Counted from the stretch's first letter, positions 16,962 to 32,095 are shown. The stretch is 64,000 nt of DNA from Mycetocola sp. (GCF_046716805.1 NZ_JBKJWH010000085.1:5901-69900); one strand, 5' to 3'. The notes: generated by a model not told the origin, from the letters alone. Numbers and translations are program-made.

Positions 16962-17684
16962 TTGGGCGTGAATGCTGCGAGTTGGGGGCGGCTCCCTGTT
17001 CAAACTAACTACAGAAGGCGCGACGTGGACGTTGGTTCTCTAAGGCAATACCTGGCGACGGACATCTCGAACGAGAAGTCTCTGAGGAACAGTCCCCAGC
17101 AGGAACGAAGCCGCCAGAGTCTCGAAACGGTCCTTCGGGTTTGCGGCGAGATCATCGACGAGTCAGGGCACGCAGGTGTGACGACCGCCGAAGTTGCAAA
17201 ACGCGCCGAGATGGCCATCGGAACGGTCTACCGTTTCTTCCCCGACCGGATCGCCCTCATGCTCGGCGTCTACCAGTACATGCAGGACCAGTACGTCGCC
17301 CTGTGCATCGAGAAGCTGCTCGAAGCGAACCCCGCCACGTGGCAGGAGACGCTGGGGATCATGACCGACACCTCTGTGCTCGCCCGCCGCACCATTCCCG
17401 GTTTCAAGGCAACCCAGTACCGGATCCTCGGTGACGAGGAAGCTCAGGAACAGTACCTCAAGGGATCGAAGGGATTCGTCGCAGCCGTCGCCGGCCTCCT
17501 TGCCCAGTTCGATTTCCCGACAGACGAGCGGTGGCTGGTTCACCTCAACGTCGCGGTTGAGCTTTCCCGCGCCCTGCAGCGGCTCGCCTTCGACGCGTCA
17601 CCGGATGGCGACGCGTGGCTCCTGGCCGAGGCGCGCTCCGTCCCGATCGGTTACCTCGAGGGCCACCTCGTCCCGGTCGCCTGA
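16962..17684 (+). CDS. TetR/AcrR family transcriptional regulator
   Basis: The N-terminal HTH is VTTAEVAKRAEMAIGTVYRFFPDRIAL. The start is uncertain; the GTG at 17025 is an alternative. Confidence 0.8.
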   Translation: MGVNAASWGRLPVQTNYRRRDVDVGSLRQYLATDISNEKSLRNSPQQERSRQSLETVLRVCGEIIDESGHAGVTTAEVAKRAEMAIGTVYRFFPDRIALMLGVYQYMQDQYVALCIEKLLEANPATWQETLGIMTDTSVLARRTIPGFKATQYRILGDEEAQEQYLKGSKGFVAAVAGLLAQFDFPTDERWLVHLNVAVELSRALQRLAFDASPDGDAWLLAEARSVPIGYLEGHLVPVA

Positions 17685-17697
17685 CAGCGCGGACATC

Positions 17698-18306
17698 GTG
17701 TACCTGATCGGCCTGACCGGCGGCATCGCGTCAGGCAAGTCCACCATCGCGAGACGCCTGACAGAACACGGCGCTATCCTCGTCGACGCCGACCAGTTGT
17801 CGCGAGAAGCCGTCGAATCCGGAACGCCCGCGCTGGCTGCAATCGTCGAACGATTCGGCAGGCACGTTCTGAACCCGGACGGCAGCCTCAACCGCGCCGC
17901 GCTCGGCGACATCGTGTTCTCCGACCCCGACGCCCTGGCAACGCTCAACGAGATCGTGCACCCCGCCGTCCGGTCCCTCAGCTCCCAGCGCATCGCCGAG
18001 GCGGAACGCGCTGACCCTGCGGCGGTCGTCGTTTACGACATCCCCCTGCTCGTCGAGTCGCGCAACGAGTACCCCTTCGACCTCATCGTGGTCGCGCAGG
18101 CCACTCCTGCCACCCGGATGGCGCGCCTCACCGAAACGCGCGGTATGCCCGCAGACGAGTCACGTCGACGGATCGACGCGCAGGCGAGCGATGACGAGCG
18201 CCTCGCCGTCGCCGACGTGATCATCGACACCGACGGCAGCCTGGAAAACACGATCGCGCAGGCGGACCGGCTGTGGGAGAGAATCCAGACGGAGAAGGCC
18301 CGATAG
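17698..18306 (+). CDS. coaE: dephospho-CoA kinase
   Basis: VYLIGLTGGIASGKSTIARRL contains the P-loop. The GTG start lies 14 nt after the TetR stop. The gene sits between rpsA and uvrB, as in mycobacteria. Confidence 0.9.
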   Translation: MYLIGLTGGIASGKSTIARRLTEHGAILVDADQLSREAVESGTPALAAIVERFGRHVLNPDGSLNRAALGDIVFSDPDALATLNEIVHPAVRSLSSQRIAEAERADPAAVVVYDIPLLVESRNEYPFDLIVVAQATPATRMARLTETRGMPADESRRRIDAQASDDERLAVADVIIDTDGSLENTIAQADRLWERIQTEKAR

Positions 18307-18337
18307 GGTTCCCCGCTTCATTGTCGGTGCACCTGCT

Positions 18338-18343
18338 TAGACT
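18338..18343 (+). promoter_or_regulatory. -10-like hexamer TAGACT 6 nt upstream of uvrB ATG
   Basis: The sequence reads TAGACT-cgacgt-ATG with no Shine-Dalgarno. This suggests a leaderless transcript. Confidence 0.4.
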
Positions 18344-18349
18344 CGACGT

Positions 18350-20416
<2,067 letters not shown>

Positions 20417-20423
20417 GCCAGGG

Positions 20424-21107
20424 TCAGTCGTCGTTCTCTTCGAAGAGCGGGGCGCCGAGCCCGTGCTCACCGATTAGGGGAACGAAAGTGACGCCGCCGA
20501 GGTCATCCATCCGGGGCAATCGGTCCGGCCCAAGGGTGAAGCGTTTCAGCTTCTGGCCGAAACCGGGCGTGCCGAGGGGCATCACGAGCCGCCCACCGTC
20601 CTTCAACTGCTCCAGCCACGGGTCGGGGACCCGCGGCGCCGCCGCGGCGACGACGATCGCATCATACGGGGCGGCATCCGGCCACCCAAGCGTCCCGTCT
20701 CCGGTCACCACCGAAACGTTCGAGTAGCCGAGCCGTTCGAGCACTTCGCGCGCCCCGTCCGCCAGCTCCGGATGCCGTTCGATCGACACCACGTCCGCCA
20801 CGATCTCGGCCAGAACCGCGGCCGCATAGCCCGAACCGGTGCCGACATCGAGCACGGAACTGCGCTCACCGACTTGCGCAGCTTCCACCGTGAGGGCGAC
20901 GATGTACGGCTGCGAAATCGTCTGCCCTGCGCCGATCGGCAACGGGTGATCCTCATAGGCGCTCGACCGCGACAGCCGGCGAACGAACTCCTCGCGAGGC
21001 ACACGCCGCATCGCGTCGAGGACACGGGGATCCCGGATGCCACGAGCAGCGATCTGGTCCGCCACCATCCGTTCCCTCTTCGCAGCGTAGGCGTCCATAG
21101 CCCTCAT
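20424..21107 (-). CDS. pcm: protein-L-isoaspartate O-methyltransferase
   Basis: The product shows [28 protein letters not shown] and TISQPYIVA, plus the SAM motif [10 protein letters not shown]. The start was trimmed to the ATG at 21107. Confidence 0.85.
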   Translation of the reverse strand: MRAMDAYAAKRERMVADQIAARGIRDPRVLDAMRRVPREEFVRRLSRSSAYEDHPLPIGAGQTISQPYIVALTVEAAQVGERSSVLDVGTGSGYAAAVLAEIVADVVSIERHPELADGAREVLERLGYSNVSVVTGDGTLGWPDAAPYDAIVVAAAAPRVPDPWLEQLKDGGRLVMPLGTPGFGQKLKRFTLGPDRLPRMDDLGGVTFVPLIGEHGLGAPLFEENDD

Positions 21108-21144
21108 TGTGCACCCCGGGGAAGGTGATGTCAGTGGGTCAAAG

Positions 21145-21150
21145 TAGACT
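21145..21150 (+). promoter_or_regulatory. -10-like hexamer TAGACT 6 nt upstream of uvrA GTG
   Basis: The sequence reads TAGACT-cgtgag-GTG (21157). This is the same geometry as at uvrB. Confidence 0.4.
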
Positions 21151-21156
21151 CGTGAG

Positions 21157-24048
21157 GTGTCAATCTCGAAGGTCAACTCCACGTCAAAACTCAGCGTTCG
21201 CGGCGCCCGTGTGCACAACCTGCACAATGTCGACCTCGACATCCCCCGAGACTCCCTCGTGGTCTTCACCGGTTTGTCCGGCTCAGGAAAGTCGTCGCTC
21301 GCCTTCGACACGATCTTCGCTGAAGGCCAGCGCCGCTATGTCGAATCATTGTCGGCGTATGCCCGCCAGTTCCTCGGCCAGGTCGACCGACCAGACGTCG
21401 ACTTCATCGAGGGCCTCAGCCCAGCGGTGTCGATCGACCAGAAATCGACCAACCGCAACCCGCGCTCCACCGTCGGCACGATCACCGAGGTCTACGACTA
21501 CATGCGGCTTCTCTGGGCGCGTATCGGCGTGCCCCACTGCCCGGAATGCGGTGAGCCGATCGAACGACAGACCGTGCAGCAGATCGCCGACCAGCTGATG
21601 GAGCTCGAGGCAGGCACCCGCTACATGGTGATGAGCCCCATCGTGTCGCAGAAGAAGGGCGAGTTCGTCGACCTGTTCAAGGAGCTGGCAGCCAAGGGTT
21701 ACGCCCGAGCCCTCGTCGACGGCGAGCAGGTCCAGCTCAACGAGCCACCCACGCTCAAGAAGTCGTACAAGCACGACATCTCGGTTGTCGTCGACCGGCT
21801 CGTCGCCGGCCCGGACGCCCTCACCCGGCTCACCGACTCGCTCGAAACCGCTCTGGGACTCACCGACGGCGTGGTCCAGATCAAACTCGTCGACGAGGAC
21901 GGCCCTGACGCGGTGCGCTCGTACAGCGAGAAGCTCTCCTGCCCGAACAACCACCCGGTCCAGCTCACCGAAATCGAGCCGCGCACCTTCAGCTTCAACG
22001 CGCCGTTCGGCGCCTGCCCGGAGTGTTCGGGGCTCGGGACCCGCATGTCGGTCGACCAGGACCTGCTCATCGGCGATGAGGACCTCAGCATCGACGACGG
22101 CGTGATCATTCCGTGGACCACACAGGGCAAGGGGCTTTACCAGTACTACGAGAAGCTCCTCGAGGGCCTCGCCCGAGACCTCGACTTCTCCCTTCGGACC
22201 CCGTGGAAGAAACTTCCGGCGAAAGTACAGGAAGCCGTTCTGCGCGGTGAGAATTTCAAGGTGAAGGTCAAGTGGAAGAACCGGTACGGCCGTGAGGTCA
22301 GTTACACCTCCGGCTTCGAGGGCGTCATGCCCTACATCGAACGTCAGTACGCCCAGGCCGAAACCGACGTCCAGCGCGCCCGCTGGGGGGAGTACCTCCG
22401 CGAGATCCCCTGCCCTGTCTGCGACGGCAAGCGGCTCAAACCCGAGGTGCTCAGCGTGCTCATCCACGGCGCCAACATCGCGGATGTCGCCTCACTGAGC
22501 CTCACCGACGCACGCGAGTTCATGGATCAGATGGACCTGACCGACCGCGAAGGAATGATCGCCGCGCAGGTGCTCCGCGAGATCAAGGTCCGACTCGACT
22601 TTTTGATCCAGGTCGGGTTGAACTACCTCAACCTCTCGCGCACCGCCGGCTCGCTCTCCGGCGGCGAGGCGCAGCGCATCCGGCTGGCGACCCAGATCGG
22701 GTCGGGGCTGACCGGTGTTCTCTACGTCCTCGACGAACCGAGCATCGGGCTTCACCAGCGCGACAACCGCCGCCTCATCCAGACCCTCGTCACCCTGCGC
22801 GACCTGGGGAACACGCTCATCGTCGTCGAGCACGACGAGGACACCATCCGGACAGCCGACTGGATCGTCGACATCGGCCCAGGCGCTGGAGTCAACGGTG
22901 GCACCGTGGTGCATTCGGGTTCCTATGACGACCTGCTCGCGAACACGCGGTCACTCACAGGCGATTACCTCTCCGGGCGCAAGGAAATCGAAGTGCCCGA
23001 AACCCGCCGGCCGGTGGATCCGGAGCGGATCGTCACCGTCGTCGGCGCTGAGGCGAACAATCTCCGTAAGGTGACCGTCGAATTCCCCCTCGGAATCTTC
23101 ACCGCGGTGACCGGGGTCAGCGGATCGGGCAAGTCCTCGCTCGTGAACGACGTCCTGTACCGCGTGCTCGCCAACAAGCTCAACGGCGCGAGGAAGCTGC
23201 CCGGGAAGCACACCCGCGTGACCGGTGTGGAGCAACTGGACAAGGTGATCCACGTCGACCAGGCACCGATCGGGCGTACCCCGCGCTCAAACCCGGCCAC
23301 CTACACGGGTGTCTTCGATCGCATCCGCAACCTGTTCTCCGAGACGATCGAGGCGAAGACCCGCGGCTACCTTCCCGGGCGGTTCAGTTTCAACGTCAAG
23401 GGCGGGCGCTGCGAGGCCTGCTCGGGCGACGGCACGATCAAGATCGAGATGAACTTCCTCCCCGATGTCTACGTCGCGTGCGAAGTCTGCGGGGGAGCGC
23501 GGTACAACCGCGACACGCTCTCGGTGCACTACAAGGGCAAGAACATTGCGGAAGTCCTCGACATGCCGATCGCGGAAGCCGCTGACTTCTTCGAGCCCAT
23601 CACGGCGATCCACCGGTACCTCAAGACCCTCGTCGAGGTCGGACTCGGGTACGTCCGGCTCGGCCAGAGTGCCACGACGCTGTCCGGCGGCGAGGCACAG
23701 CGGGTGAAGCTTGCCACAGAACTTCAGCGGCGGACGAACGGCCGGAGCATCTACGTGCTCGACGAACCGACCACCGGGTTGCACTTCGAAGACGTACGCA
23801 AACTCCTGCTCGTGCTCAACAGCCTCGTCGACAAGGGCAACACCGTCATCGTGATTGAGCACAACCTCGACGTGATCAAGTCGGCTGACTGGCTGATCGA
23901 CCTGGGCCCGGAGGGAGGAGCCGGCGGCGGCAAGGTCCTGGCCACAGGAACCCCCGAGAAGCTGGCCACCGTCAAGAAGAGCCACACCGGGTACTACCTC
24001 AAGGAAGTACTGGAGGCGGGCCAGATCGTTGCCCGTAAGGCGGGGTAA
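21157..24048 (+). CDS. uvrA: excinuclease ABC subunit A
   Basis: 963 aa with two ABC modules ([12 protein letters not shown] and [10 protein letters not shown]; [12 protein letters not shown] and [12 protein letters not shown]) and zinc-finger cysteines. Confidence 0.97.
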   Translation: MSISKVNSTSKLSVRGARVHNLHNVDLDIPRDSLVVFTGLSGSGKSSLAFDTIFAEGQRRYVESLSAYARQFLGQVDRPDVDFIEGLSPAVSIDQKSTNRNPRSTVGTITEVYDYMRLLWARIGVPHCPECGEPIERQTVQQIADQLMELEAGTRYMVMSPIVSQKKGEFVDLFKELAAKGYARALVDGEQVQLNEPPTLKKSYKHDISVVVDRLVAGPDALTRLTDSLETALGLTDGVVQIKLVDEDGPDAVRSYSEKLSCPNNHPVQLTEIEPRTFSFNAPFGACPECSGLGTRMSVDQDLLIGDEDLSIDDGVIIPWTTQGKGLYQYYEKLLEGLARDLDFSLRTPWKKLPAKVQEAVLRGENFKVKVKWKNRYGREVSYTSGFEGVMPYIERQYAQAETDVQRARWGEYLREIPCPVCDGKRLKPEVLSVLIHGANIADVASLSLTDAREFMDQMDLTDREGMIAAQVLREIKVRLDFLIQVGLNYLNLSRTAGSLSGGEAQRIRLATQIGSGLTGVLYVLDEPSIGLHQRDNRRLIQTLVTLRDLGNTLIVVEHDEDTIRTADWIVDIGPGAGVNGGTVVHSGSYDDLLANTRSLTGDYLSGRKEIEVPETRRPVDPERIVTVVGAEANNLRKVTVEFPLGIFTAVTGVSGSGKSSLVNDVLYRVLANKLNGARKLPGKHTRVTGVEQLDKVIHVDQAPIGRTPRSNPATYTGVFDRIRNLFSETIEAKTRGYLPGRFSFNVKGGRCEACSGDGTIKIEMNFLPDVYVACEVCGGARYNRDTLSVHYKGKNIAEVLDMPIAEAADFFEPITAIHRYLKTLVEVGLGYVRLGQSATTLSGGEAQRVKLATELQRRTNGRSIYVLDEPTTGLHFEDVRKLLLVLNSLVDKGNTVIVIEHNLDVIKSADWLIDLGPEGGAGGGKVLATGTPEKLATVKKSHTGYYLKEVLEAGQIVARKAG

Positions 24049-25950
24049 GTGGGCAGAACCCTCAGCTACCGGCCGCGCCCGGGCGAAATCCCGACGAGCC
24101 CTGGCGTGTACCGATTCCGCGACGAGAACTCGCGGGTCCTGTACGTGGGCAAAGCGAAGAATCTGCGTGCCCGGCTCAGCAACTATTTCGCCCCTCTGCC
24201 GAGCCTGCATGAGCGTACACGTCGAATGGTCACCACGGCGCGGAGCGTGGAGTGGACCGTCGTCGGCAGCGACATCGACGCCCTGCAGCTCGAGTACACC
24301 TGGATCAAGGAGTTCGAGCCGCCGTTCAACGTCAAGTTCCGCGACGACAAAACCTACCCGTACCTCGCGGTGACCCTCGCCGACGAAGCCCCGCGGGTGC
24401 TCGTCACTCGGAACCCGCGGATCCGCGGAGCGAAATACTTCGGCCCGTACCCGAAGATCTGGGCGGTTCACGAAACCATCGATCTGATGATCAAAGCGTT
24501 TCCGATCCGCACCTGCTCGGACTCGAGCTACAAACGCGCCATGCAGTCCGGGCGGCCGTGCTTCCCCGGGCAGATCGGGCGCTGCGGCGGTCCCTGCTCC
24601 GGCCGGGCCACGATCGAAGAACACCGCGCCATGGTCAACGACTTCGTCAGCTTCCTGAACGGCAACGACAAACGGTTCGTCACCGAAGCGACGCAGCAGA
24701 TGCGTGAGGCCGCCGCCGTGCAGGACTATGAAGCGGCCGCCCGTTACCGCGACCGGCTCAAAGCGCTCGAATCGGTTCTCGACAAGAGCGCCGTCGTCCT
24801 CAAGGATTCCGTCGACGCCGACCTGTTCGGGCTCGCCCATGACGAGCTTTCCGCAGCCGTCCAGCAGTTCATCGTCCGGGGAGGGCGGATCCGCGGTGTT
24901 CGCTCGTGGACGGTCGACAAGGAGCTCGACCTCTCCACCGCTGAACTCGTCGACAGCGTCCTGCAGCGCGCATACGACTCGGGCGGCGTCGCCGACATCC
25001 CGAAAGAAATTCTGGTCCCCGAGTTGCCTGAAGACGCCGCCGAACTGGAGACCTGGCTCGCCGGGCTCCGCGGCAAGGGCAAGGTGCGGCTCCACACCGC
25101 GCAACGCGGCGAAAAGGCGGCCCTCATGCAGACGGCGGAAATCAACGCAAAGAATTCGCTCATGCTGTACAAGACCAGGCGCAGCGCCGATTTCGTCGCC
25201 CGCTCGCAAGCGCTGACCGATATTCAGGGGGCGATCGGGATGGAGCAGGCACCACTGCGGATCGAATGCTTCGACGTCTCCCACCTGTCCGGGACGAACA
25301 TCGTCGCATCGATGGTCGTGTTCGAGGACGGCCTGCCGCGGAAAGACCAGTACCGCAGGTTCAGCATCGCGGAGTCGACCGACGACACCGAATCGATCTA
25401 CCAGGTCCTGTCGAGGCGTCTCGCGTACCTCAGTGAACCGGTGACGGCGCAGGAGGAGGATGCGGCAGCGGATACGGATCCGGCGTCGGAGGGGGTCGCG
25501 AAGCCCCGCAAATTCGCATACCCGCCGCAACTGCTCATCGTCGACGGCGGGCAACCCCAGGTTCAGGCAGCCCGCCGAGCCCTTCTCGAAGCAGGTCGAA
25601 CAGACATCCAGCTCGTCGGGATGGCCAAGCGGCTTGAAGAAATCTGGCTACCGGACAGCGACTACCCCGTCATCCTTCCGCGCAATTCCGAGGCGCTGTT
25701 CCTCCTTCAGCGGGTGAGAGACGAAGCACACCGCTTCGCCATCACCTACCAGCGGTCGAAACGCCGGGCAGACATTTCCAGCGTTCTCGCCGATATCCCC
25801 GGGCTCGGGCCTGCGAGAGTGAAGGCGCTGCTGCGGCATTTCGGCTCCGTCGCGAAGCTCAAACAGGCCACGCCAGAGGCGATCACCGAAGTCGCCGGTA
25901 TCGGCCCTGCCCTGGCGACGGCCATCCACGCTCAGTTGAACAGTCGGTAG
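24049..25950 (+). CDS. uvrC: excinuclease ABC subunit C
   Basis: The GIY-YIG N-terminus reads [30 protein letters not shown] domain and a C-terminal HhH are present. The GTG start abuts the uvrA stop. Confidence 0.95.
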   Translation: MGRTLSYRPRPGEIPTSPGVYRFRDENSRVLYVGKAKNLRARLSNYFAPLPSLHERTRRMVTTARSVEWTVVGSDIDALQLEYTWIKEFEPPFNVKFRDDKTYPYLAVTLADEAPRVLVTRNPRIRGAKYFGPYPKIWAVHETIDLMIKAFPIRTCSDSSYKRAMQSGRPCFPGQIGRCGGPCSGRATIEEHRAMVNDFVSFLNGNDKRFVTEATQQMREAAAVQDYEAAARYRDRLKALESVLDKSAVVLKDSVDADLFGLAHDELSAAVQQFIVRGGRIRGVRSWTVDKELDLSTAELVDSVLQRAYDSGGVADIPKEILVPELPEDAAELETWLAGLRGKGKVRLHTAQRGEKAALMQTAEINAKNSLMLYKTRRSADFVARSQALTDIQGAIGMEQAPLRIECFDVSHLSGTNIVASMVVFEDGLPRKDQYRRFSIAESTDDTESIYQVLSRRLAYLSEPVTAQEEDAAADTDPASEGVAKPRKFAYPPQLLIVDGGQPQVQAARRALLEAGRTDIQLVGMAKRLEEIWLPDSDYPVILPRNSEALFLLQRVRDEAHRFAITYQRSKRRADISSVLADIPGLGPARVKALLRHFGSVAKLKQATPEAITEVAGIGPALATAIHAQLNSR

Positions 25951-25953
25951 GCT

Positions 25954-26877
25954 GTGGAGGGCAGCCGGACCGAGCCGGTTGCCCGATGGAAAGTGCAGGA
26001 AACGGTGGAACAGCCGATCCCTCAGGAAGTACTGATCGTCACGGGCATGTCGGGAGCCGGCCGCTCAACGGTAGCGAACGCACTGGAGGACCTCGACTGG
26101 TACGTCGTCGACAACCTCCCGCCACAGATGCTCCGTCCGCTCGTCGACCTGGCCGAACGAGCCGGGGGAGAGCTGCCACGCATCGCCGCGGTCGTCGACG
26201 TCCGCGGGCGTGACTTCTTCAGCGACTTTCAGCAGATGATCCAGAAACTTCGCGCCGGCACGAAACTCCGCGTGGTTTTTCTCGACGCAACGGATGACGC
26301 ACTGGTCCGCCGCTTCGATGCCGTCAGACGACCTCACCCGCTGCAAGGCGAAGGAACCATCCTCGACGGCATCGCGCGCGAGCGCGCCCGTACTGCCGCG
26401 ATCCGAGAATCCAGTGACATCATCATCGATACCTCCAGCCTCAACGTGCACCAGCTGGCCACCAAGACGGGCGATCTGTTCGCCGCCGAGGGCACACCGG
26501 GCGTCCGGCTCACCGTCATGAGCTTCGGCTTCAAATACGGGCTCCCATCGGATGCCGACACCGTCGCTGACGCCCGATTCCTGCCCAACCCGTTTTGGGT
26601 TCCGGAGCTACGGCCGCATACTGGACTGGACGCCGAAGTCAGCGACTTCGTGCTGGATCAGCCTGGCGCCCGGGAGTTCCTGGACAGCTATGCGACTGCA
26701 CTCGCCCCGGTTTTGGCCGGGTATCAGCGGGAGAACAAACGTTTCGCCACGTTCGCCATCGGCTGCACGGGCGGGAAACATCGCTCCGTCGCCCTGGCAC
26801 TTCAGCTCGCGGACAAGCTCGCCGAGCTGCCCGGAGTGGCCACGAGCGTCAAACACAGGGATCTGGGACGCGAATAG
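25954..26877 (+). CDS. rapZ: RNase adapter protein RapZ (YvcJ family P-loop protein)
   Basis: VTGMSGAGRST is the Walker A motif. The C-terminal segment GCTGGKHRSVA is typical of RapZ. Confidence 0.9.
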   Translation: MEGSRTEPVARWKVQETVEQPIPQEVLIVTGMSGAGRSTVANALEDLDWYVVDNLPPQMLRPLVDLAERAGGELPRIAAVVDVRGRDFFSDFQQMIQKLRAGTKLRVVFLDATDDALVRRFDAVRRPHPLQGEGTILDGIARERARTAAIRESSDIIIDTSSLNVHQLATKTGDLFAAEGTPGVRLTVMSFGFKYGLPSDADTVADARFLPNPFWVPELRPHTGLDAEVSDFVLDQPGAREFLDSYATALAPVLAGYQRENKRFATFAIGCTGGKHRSVALALQLADKLAELPGVATSVKHRDLGRE

Positions 26878-26925
26878 CAGCGCCCGGTCCGACATTCGAC
26901 TGCAACACACGAGATAGGACAACGA

Positions 26926-27906
26926 TTGGCACTGACTGCTGAGGTCAAAGAAGAACTGGCCGGGATCGTGGAACCGAAGACAGCCGTCCGAGCTGCTGAG
27001 CTGACCTCGATCCTCCGCTTCAGCGGTGGGCTCCACCTCATCTCGAGCCGCATCGCCATCGAATCCGAACTGGAGACCCCGCAGCTCGCCCGTCGTATCC
27101 GCAAGGACCTCGCCGAGCTGTATGGTGTGCGCAGCGACGTCAGCATGACCAGTGGTTCCGGCACCCGCAGGGGAGAGTCCTACCTTGTTCGGGTCCAGGA
27201 AGGCGGCGAGACCCTCGCCCGCCAGACCGGCCTGCTCGACGCCAGGCGCCGCCCGATCCGCGGCCTGCCGAACCGCCTCACGACGGGAACCAAAGCGGAA
27301 CTCGCTGCCGTCTGGCGGGGCGCGTTCCTCGCAGCGGGGAGTCTCACCGATCCGGGTCGCTCAGCGGCCCTGGAGATCACCTGCCCGGGCAACGAATCGG
27401 CGATGGCACTCGTCGGCGCGGCCGGCCGCCTCGGTGTCGCAGCGAAGGCACGGGAAGTCCGTGGCGTTCACCGTGTTGTCGTCCGCGACGGCGAGGCGAT
27501 CAGCGCCATGCTCGTCCTCATGGGGGCACACGGCACGGTGAAGGCCTGGGAGGAATTGCGCCAGCGCCGGGAGGTCCGCGCGACGGCGAACCGGCTGGTC
27601 AACTTCGACGACGCCAACCTGCGCCGGGGGGCGCAGGCCGCCGTCGCCGCCTGCGCCCGGGTCGAACGAGCCATGGAAATCCTCAGCGACGACATCCCGG
27701 AACACCTCCGCTATGCGGGGGAGCTCCGGCTGCGTTTCCGAGACGCCAGCCTCGACGAGCTCGGTCACCACGCAGACCCTCCCATGACGAAGGATGCCAT
27801 CGCCGGGCGGATCCGCCGACTCCTCGCGATGGCGGACAAACGCGCCCAGGATCTCGGGCTTCCCGGGACCGACGCCAACCTCCCGCCCGGGCTCGACGAC
27901 GTCTGA
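26926..27906 (+). CDS. whiA: DNA-binding protein WhiA
   Basis: TTG start. The product begins [13 protein letters not shown] and has a LAGLIDADG-like N-terminal domain and a C-terminal HTH. Confidence 0.92.
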   Translation: MALTAEVKEELAGIVEPKTAVRAAELTSILRFSGGLHLISSRIAIESELETPQLARRIRKDLAELYGVRSDVSMTSGSGTRRGESYLVRVQEGGETLARQTGLLDARRRPIRGLPNRLTTGTKAELAAVWRGAFLAAGSLTDPGRSAALEITCPGNESAMALVGAAGRLGVAAKAREVRGVHRVVVRDGEAISAMLVLMGAHGTVKAWEELRQRREVRATANRLVNFDDANLRRGAQAAVAACARVERAMEILSDDIPEHLRYAGELRLRFRDASLDELGHHADPPMTKDAIAGRIRRLLAMADKRAQDLGLPGTDANLPPGLDDV

Positions 27907-28011
27907 TCTGTCCGAGCCTCGCCCCAACGGCTCAGGCGACCTGACTAGACTGGAAATGTCGGCCTGTGCCGCATCACAAGCGGCCGGCGGCACAAGAAGA
28001 GGAGACAAACA

Positions 28012-28638
28012 ATGGCTGAATACACCCTCCCTGACCTCGCGTACGACTACTCGGCACTTGAGCCGAGTATCTCTGGGGCCATCATGGAACTGCACCACTC
28101 GAAGCACCACCAGACCTATGTGACCGGGGCGAACACCGCCCTCGCACAGCTGGCTGAGGCACGGGACTCCGACAACCTCGCCAACGTGAACAAACTTGAG
28201 AAGGACCTCGCCTTCAACCTCGGTGGCCACGTCAACCACTCGATCTTCTGGACCAACCTCTCGCCGAACGGGGGCGACAAGCCGACCGGTGAGCTCGCTG
28301 CCGCGATCGACGAGTTCTTCGGCTCATTCGACAAGTTCCGCGCGCACTTCACCGCAGCCGCCCTCGGCGTCCAGGGTTCCGGCTGGGCTGTGCTCGCCTG
28401 GGACTCGATCGGCCAGAAGCTCATCGTCCAGCAATTCTTCGACCAGCAGTCCAACTTCGCCGCCGGCACCGTTCCGGTGCTGATGCTCGATGTCTGGGAG
28501 CACGCCTACTACCTCGACTACAAGAACGTCCGAGCCGACTACGTCAAGGCGTTCTGGAACATCACCAACTGGGAGAACGTCGAACAGCGTTTCCTCACCG
28601 CCCGCGAGAAGACCGCCGGGCTGCTGCTACTGTCATAA
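28012..28638 (+). CDS. sodA: superoxide dismutase (Mn/Fe family)
   Basis: The product contains [21 protein letters not shown] and [13 protein letters not shown]. The RBS is AGAGGAG. Confidence 0.95.
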   Translation: MAEYTLPDLAYDYSALEPSISGAIMELHHSKHHQTYVTGANTALAQLAEARDSDNLANVNKLEKDLAFNLGGHVNHSIFWTNLSPNGGDKPTGELAAAIDEFFGSFDKFRAHFTAAALGVQGSGWAVLAWDSIGQKLIVQQFFDQQSNFAAGTVPVLMLDVWEHAYYLDYKNVRADYVKAFWNITNWENVEQRFLTAREKTAGLLLLS

Positions 28639-29745
<1,107 letters not shown>

Positions 29746-29755
29746 AAACGCAGCC

Positions 29756-30973
29756 GTGTCGCTTCGCACTCTCGAATCGCTGGGCTCGCTCGCCGGCACG
29801 CGCATCGTCGTTCGGTGTGACCTCAACGTTCCTCTCCAGGACGGGGTCATTACCGACGACGGGCGCGTGCGCGCATCGCTGCCCACGCTGAAAGCCCTAC
29901 TCGACAACGGTGCGCGAGTTCTCGTGATCTCGCACCTCGGCCGCCCCGACGGCGCCCCCGATGCCCGGTACAGCCTTGCTCCCGTGGCCCAGCGGCTCTC
30001 GGAGCTTCTCGGCTCCGCCGTTCCGTTCGCCTCAGACACCGTCGGGCCTCGGGCACAGAAGGTCGTCGACGCCCTCGAGGACGGCCAGGTCGCCGTTTTG
30101 GAGAACCTCCGCTTCAACCCGGGGGAGACCAGCAAGGATGACGCCGAACGTACCGCGTTCGCGGAGCAGCTTGCTGCCTTCGGTGACGCGTTCGTCTCCG
30201 ACGGATTTGGCGTCGTGCACCGCAAGCAGGCGAGCGTCTACGAGCTCGCGAAGCTCCTGCCGAGCGCAGCCGGGCTGCTCATCTCCACTGAGCTCGAGGT
30301 CCTCGACCGACTCACCGAGTCGCCCGAGCGCCCTTACACCGTCGTCCTCGGCGGATCGAAGGTCTCGGACAAGCTCGGCGTCATCGGCCACCTGCTGCCG
30401 CGCGTCGACACGCTCCTCATCGGAGGCGGCATGCTCTTCACCTTCCTGGCCGCCCAGGGGCACCGGGTGGGCTTGAGCCTCCTCGAACAGGACCAGCTCG
30501 ACACGGTGAAGGGCTACCTCGCCGAAGCCGAAAAGCGTGGCGTCGACATCGTGCTGCCAACGGATGTCGTCGTCGCGGCGTCGTTCAGCGCGGACGCGGA
30601 GCACGTCGTCCAGCCCGCGGACGCCATCGAGGACACCCCATTCGGTGCATCCGGCCTCGGCCTGGACATCGGACCTGAGACGTCCGCCCGCTTCGCCGAC
30701 ATCATCCGCGCATCGAAGACCGTGTTCTGGAACGGCCCGATGGGCGTTTTCGAACTCGCGCCGTTCGCTGCGGGAACTCAGGCTGTCGCGCAGGCACTCA
30801 CCGAGGTCGATGGGCTCAGCGTCGTCGGCGGTGGCGACTCAGCAGCCGCTGTGCGCGCGCTCGGTTTCGAAGACGGTCAATTCGGACACATATCGACCGG
30901 TGGCGGCGCGAGCCTTGAGTTCCTCGAGGGCAAGCGGCTTCCCGGTCTCGAGATTTTAGGATGGCAACAATGA
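29756..30973 (+). CDS. pgk: phosphoglycerate kinase
   Basis: The product contains VRCDLNVPL, HLGRP and GGGDSAAAV. 405 aa. Confidence 0.95.
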   Translation: MSLRTLESLGSLAGTRIVVRCDLNVPLQDGVITDDGRVRASLPTLKALLDNGARVLVISHLGRPDGAPDARYSLAPVAQRLSELLGSAVPFASDTVGPRAQKVVDALEDGQVAVLENLRFNPGETSKDDAERTAFAEQLAAFGDAFVSDGFGVVHRKQASVYELAKLLPSAAGLLISTELEVLDRLTESPERPYTVVLGGSKVSDKLGVIGHLLPRVDTLLIGGGMLFTFLAAQGHRVGLSLLEQDQLDTVKGYLAEAEKRGVDIVLPTDVVVAASFSADAEHVVQPADAIEDTPFGASGLGLDIGPETSARFADIIRASKTVFWNGPMGVFELAPFAAGTQAVAQALTEVDGLSVVGGGDSAAAVRALGFEDGQFGHISTGGGASLEFLEGKRLPGLEILGWQQ

Positions 30974-31764
30974 CATTATCCGTTCGACGGACGCCGCTCA
31001 TCGCGGGCAACTGGAAGATGAACCTGGATCACCTCCAGTCCATCGCTTTCGTGCAGAAACTCGCGTGGGGTCTGGCAGATGCCAAACACGACGTGGCCAG
31101 CGTGGAGGTTGCGGTCTTCCCGCCGTTCACCGACCTGCGCAGCGTGCAGACGCTCGTCGCGGCCGACAAGCTGCCGATCGCGTTCGGCGCGCAAGACCTG
31201 TCCGAGCACGACTCGGGCGCGTACACGGGAGAAATCTCCGGTGCGTTCCTCGCCGCCCTCGACTGCAGCTACGTTCTCATCGGGCACTCCGAACGACGCA
31301 CCCTGCATGCCGAGTCGGACGAGCAGGTCTCCGGCAAAGTCCGTGCCGCGCTGAGGCACAACCTCGTGCCGATCATCTGCGTGGGCGAGACCGCTGAGGA
31401 TCTTGAACAGCACGGTCCGAGCGCCGTGCCCGTCGCACAGTTGAAGGCGGCACTCGCCGGCATCTCATCGACCGTCGACATCGTCGTGGCCTATGAGCCG
31501 GTCTGGGCAATCGGATCGGGCCAGGCGGCTACCCCCGAGCAGGCCGAGCAGGTGGCGGCGGCTCTGCGCGCCGTGCTCGTCGAGACTCTGGGGGAGGACG
31601 TCGCCCAGAAGACGCGCATCCTGTACGGCGGGTCGGTCAAGTCGTCGAACATCGCGGGGTTCATGCGCGAACCCAACGTCGACGGTGCACTTGTCGGCGG
31701 TGCCAGCCTCGACCTGACCGAGTTCTCGAGCATTGTGCGGTACCAGAAGCACGTCGGACTCTGA
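30970..31764 (+). CDS. tpiA: triose-phosphate isomerase
   Basis: The product contains PLIAGNWKMN, IGHSERR and YEPVWAIGSG. The ATG at 30970 forms an ATGA overlap with the pgk stop. The ATG at 30961 is an alternative start. Confidence 0.95.
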   Translation: MTLSVRRTPLIAGNWKMNLDHLQSIAFVQKLAWGLADAKHDVASVEVAVFPPFTDLRSVQTLVAADKLPIAFGAQDLSEHDSGAYTGEISGAFLAALDCSYVLIGHSERRTLHAESDEQVSGKVRAALRHNLVPIICVGETAEDLEQHGPSAVPVAQLKAALAGISSTVDIVVAYEPVWAIGSGQAATPEQAEQVAAALRAVLVETLGEDVAQKTRILYGGSVKSSNIAGFMREPNVDGALVGGASLDLTEFSSIVRYQKHVGL

Positions 31765-31834
31765 CGGCCGCACGCTCACGCTATAATTGAGGGCGGTTCA
31801 TGGAACTCCATGGCCGCCACATGAAAGGTCCTTT

Positions 31835-32086
31835 GTGGAGATACTTCAGGTCGTTCTGCAGGTAGTGCTCGGAATCACGAGCCTCCTGCTCACATTCCTC
31901 ATCCTCTTGCACAAGGGGCGCGGAGGTGGATTGTCGGATATGTTCGGCGGCGGCATGGGTTCGAGCATCGGCTCGTCCGGTGTTGCTGAACGTAACCTCA
32001 ACCGGTTCACCGTCGTACTCGCTCTCGTTTGGTTCAGCTCGATCGTTGCGCTTGGTCTCATCACCAAGTTCTCCGCGGGCGTGTAG
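31835..32086 (+). CDS. secG: preprotein translocase subunit SecG
   Basis: Two TM helices flank LHKGRGGGLSDMFGGG. The GTG at 31835 was chosen within ORF 31787-32086. Confidence 0.85.
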   Translation: MEILQVVLQVVLGITSLLLTFLILLHKGRGGGLSDMFGGGMGSSIGSSGVAERNLNRFTVVLALVWFSSIVALGLITKFSAGV

Positions 32087-32095
32087 GAGGAACAT

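Noticed and set aside
23287-25554. 755-aa minus-strand ORF
   Set aside because: It lies entirely antisense to uvrA/uvrC, whose products have unambiguous motifs. Its own translation is Arg/Gly/Pro/Asp-rich with no motifs. This is a typical high-GC shadow ORF.
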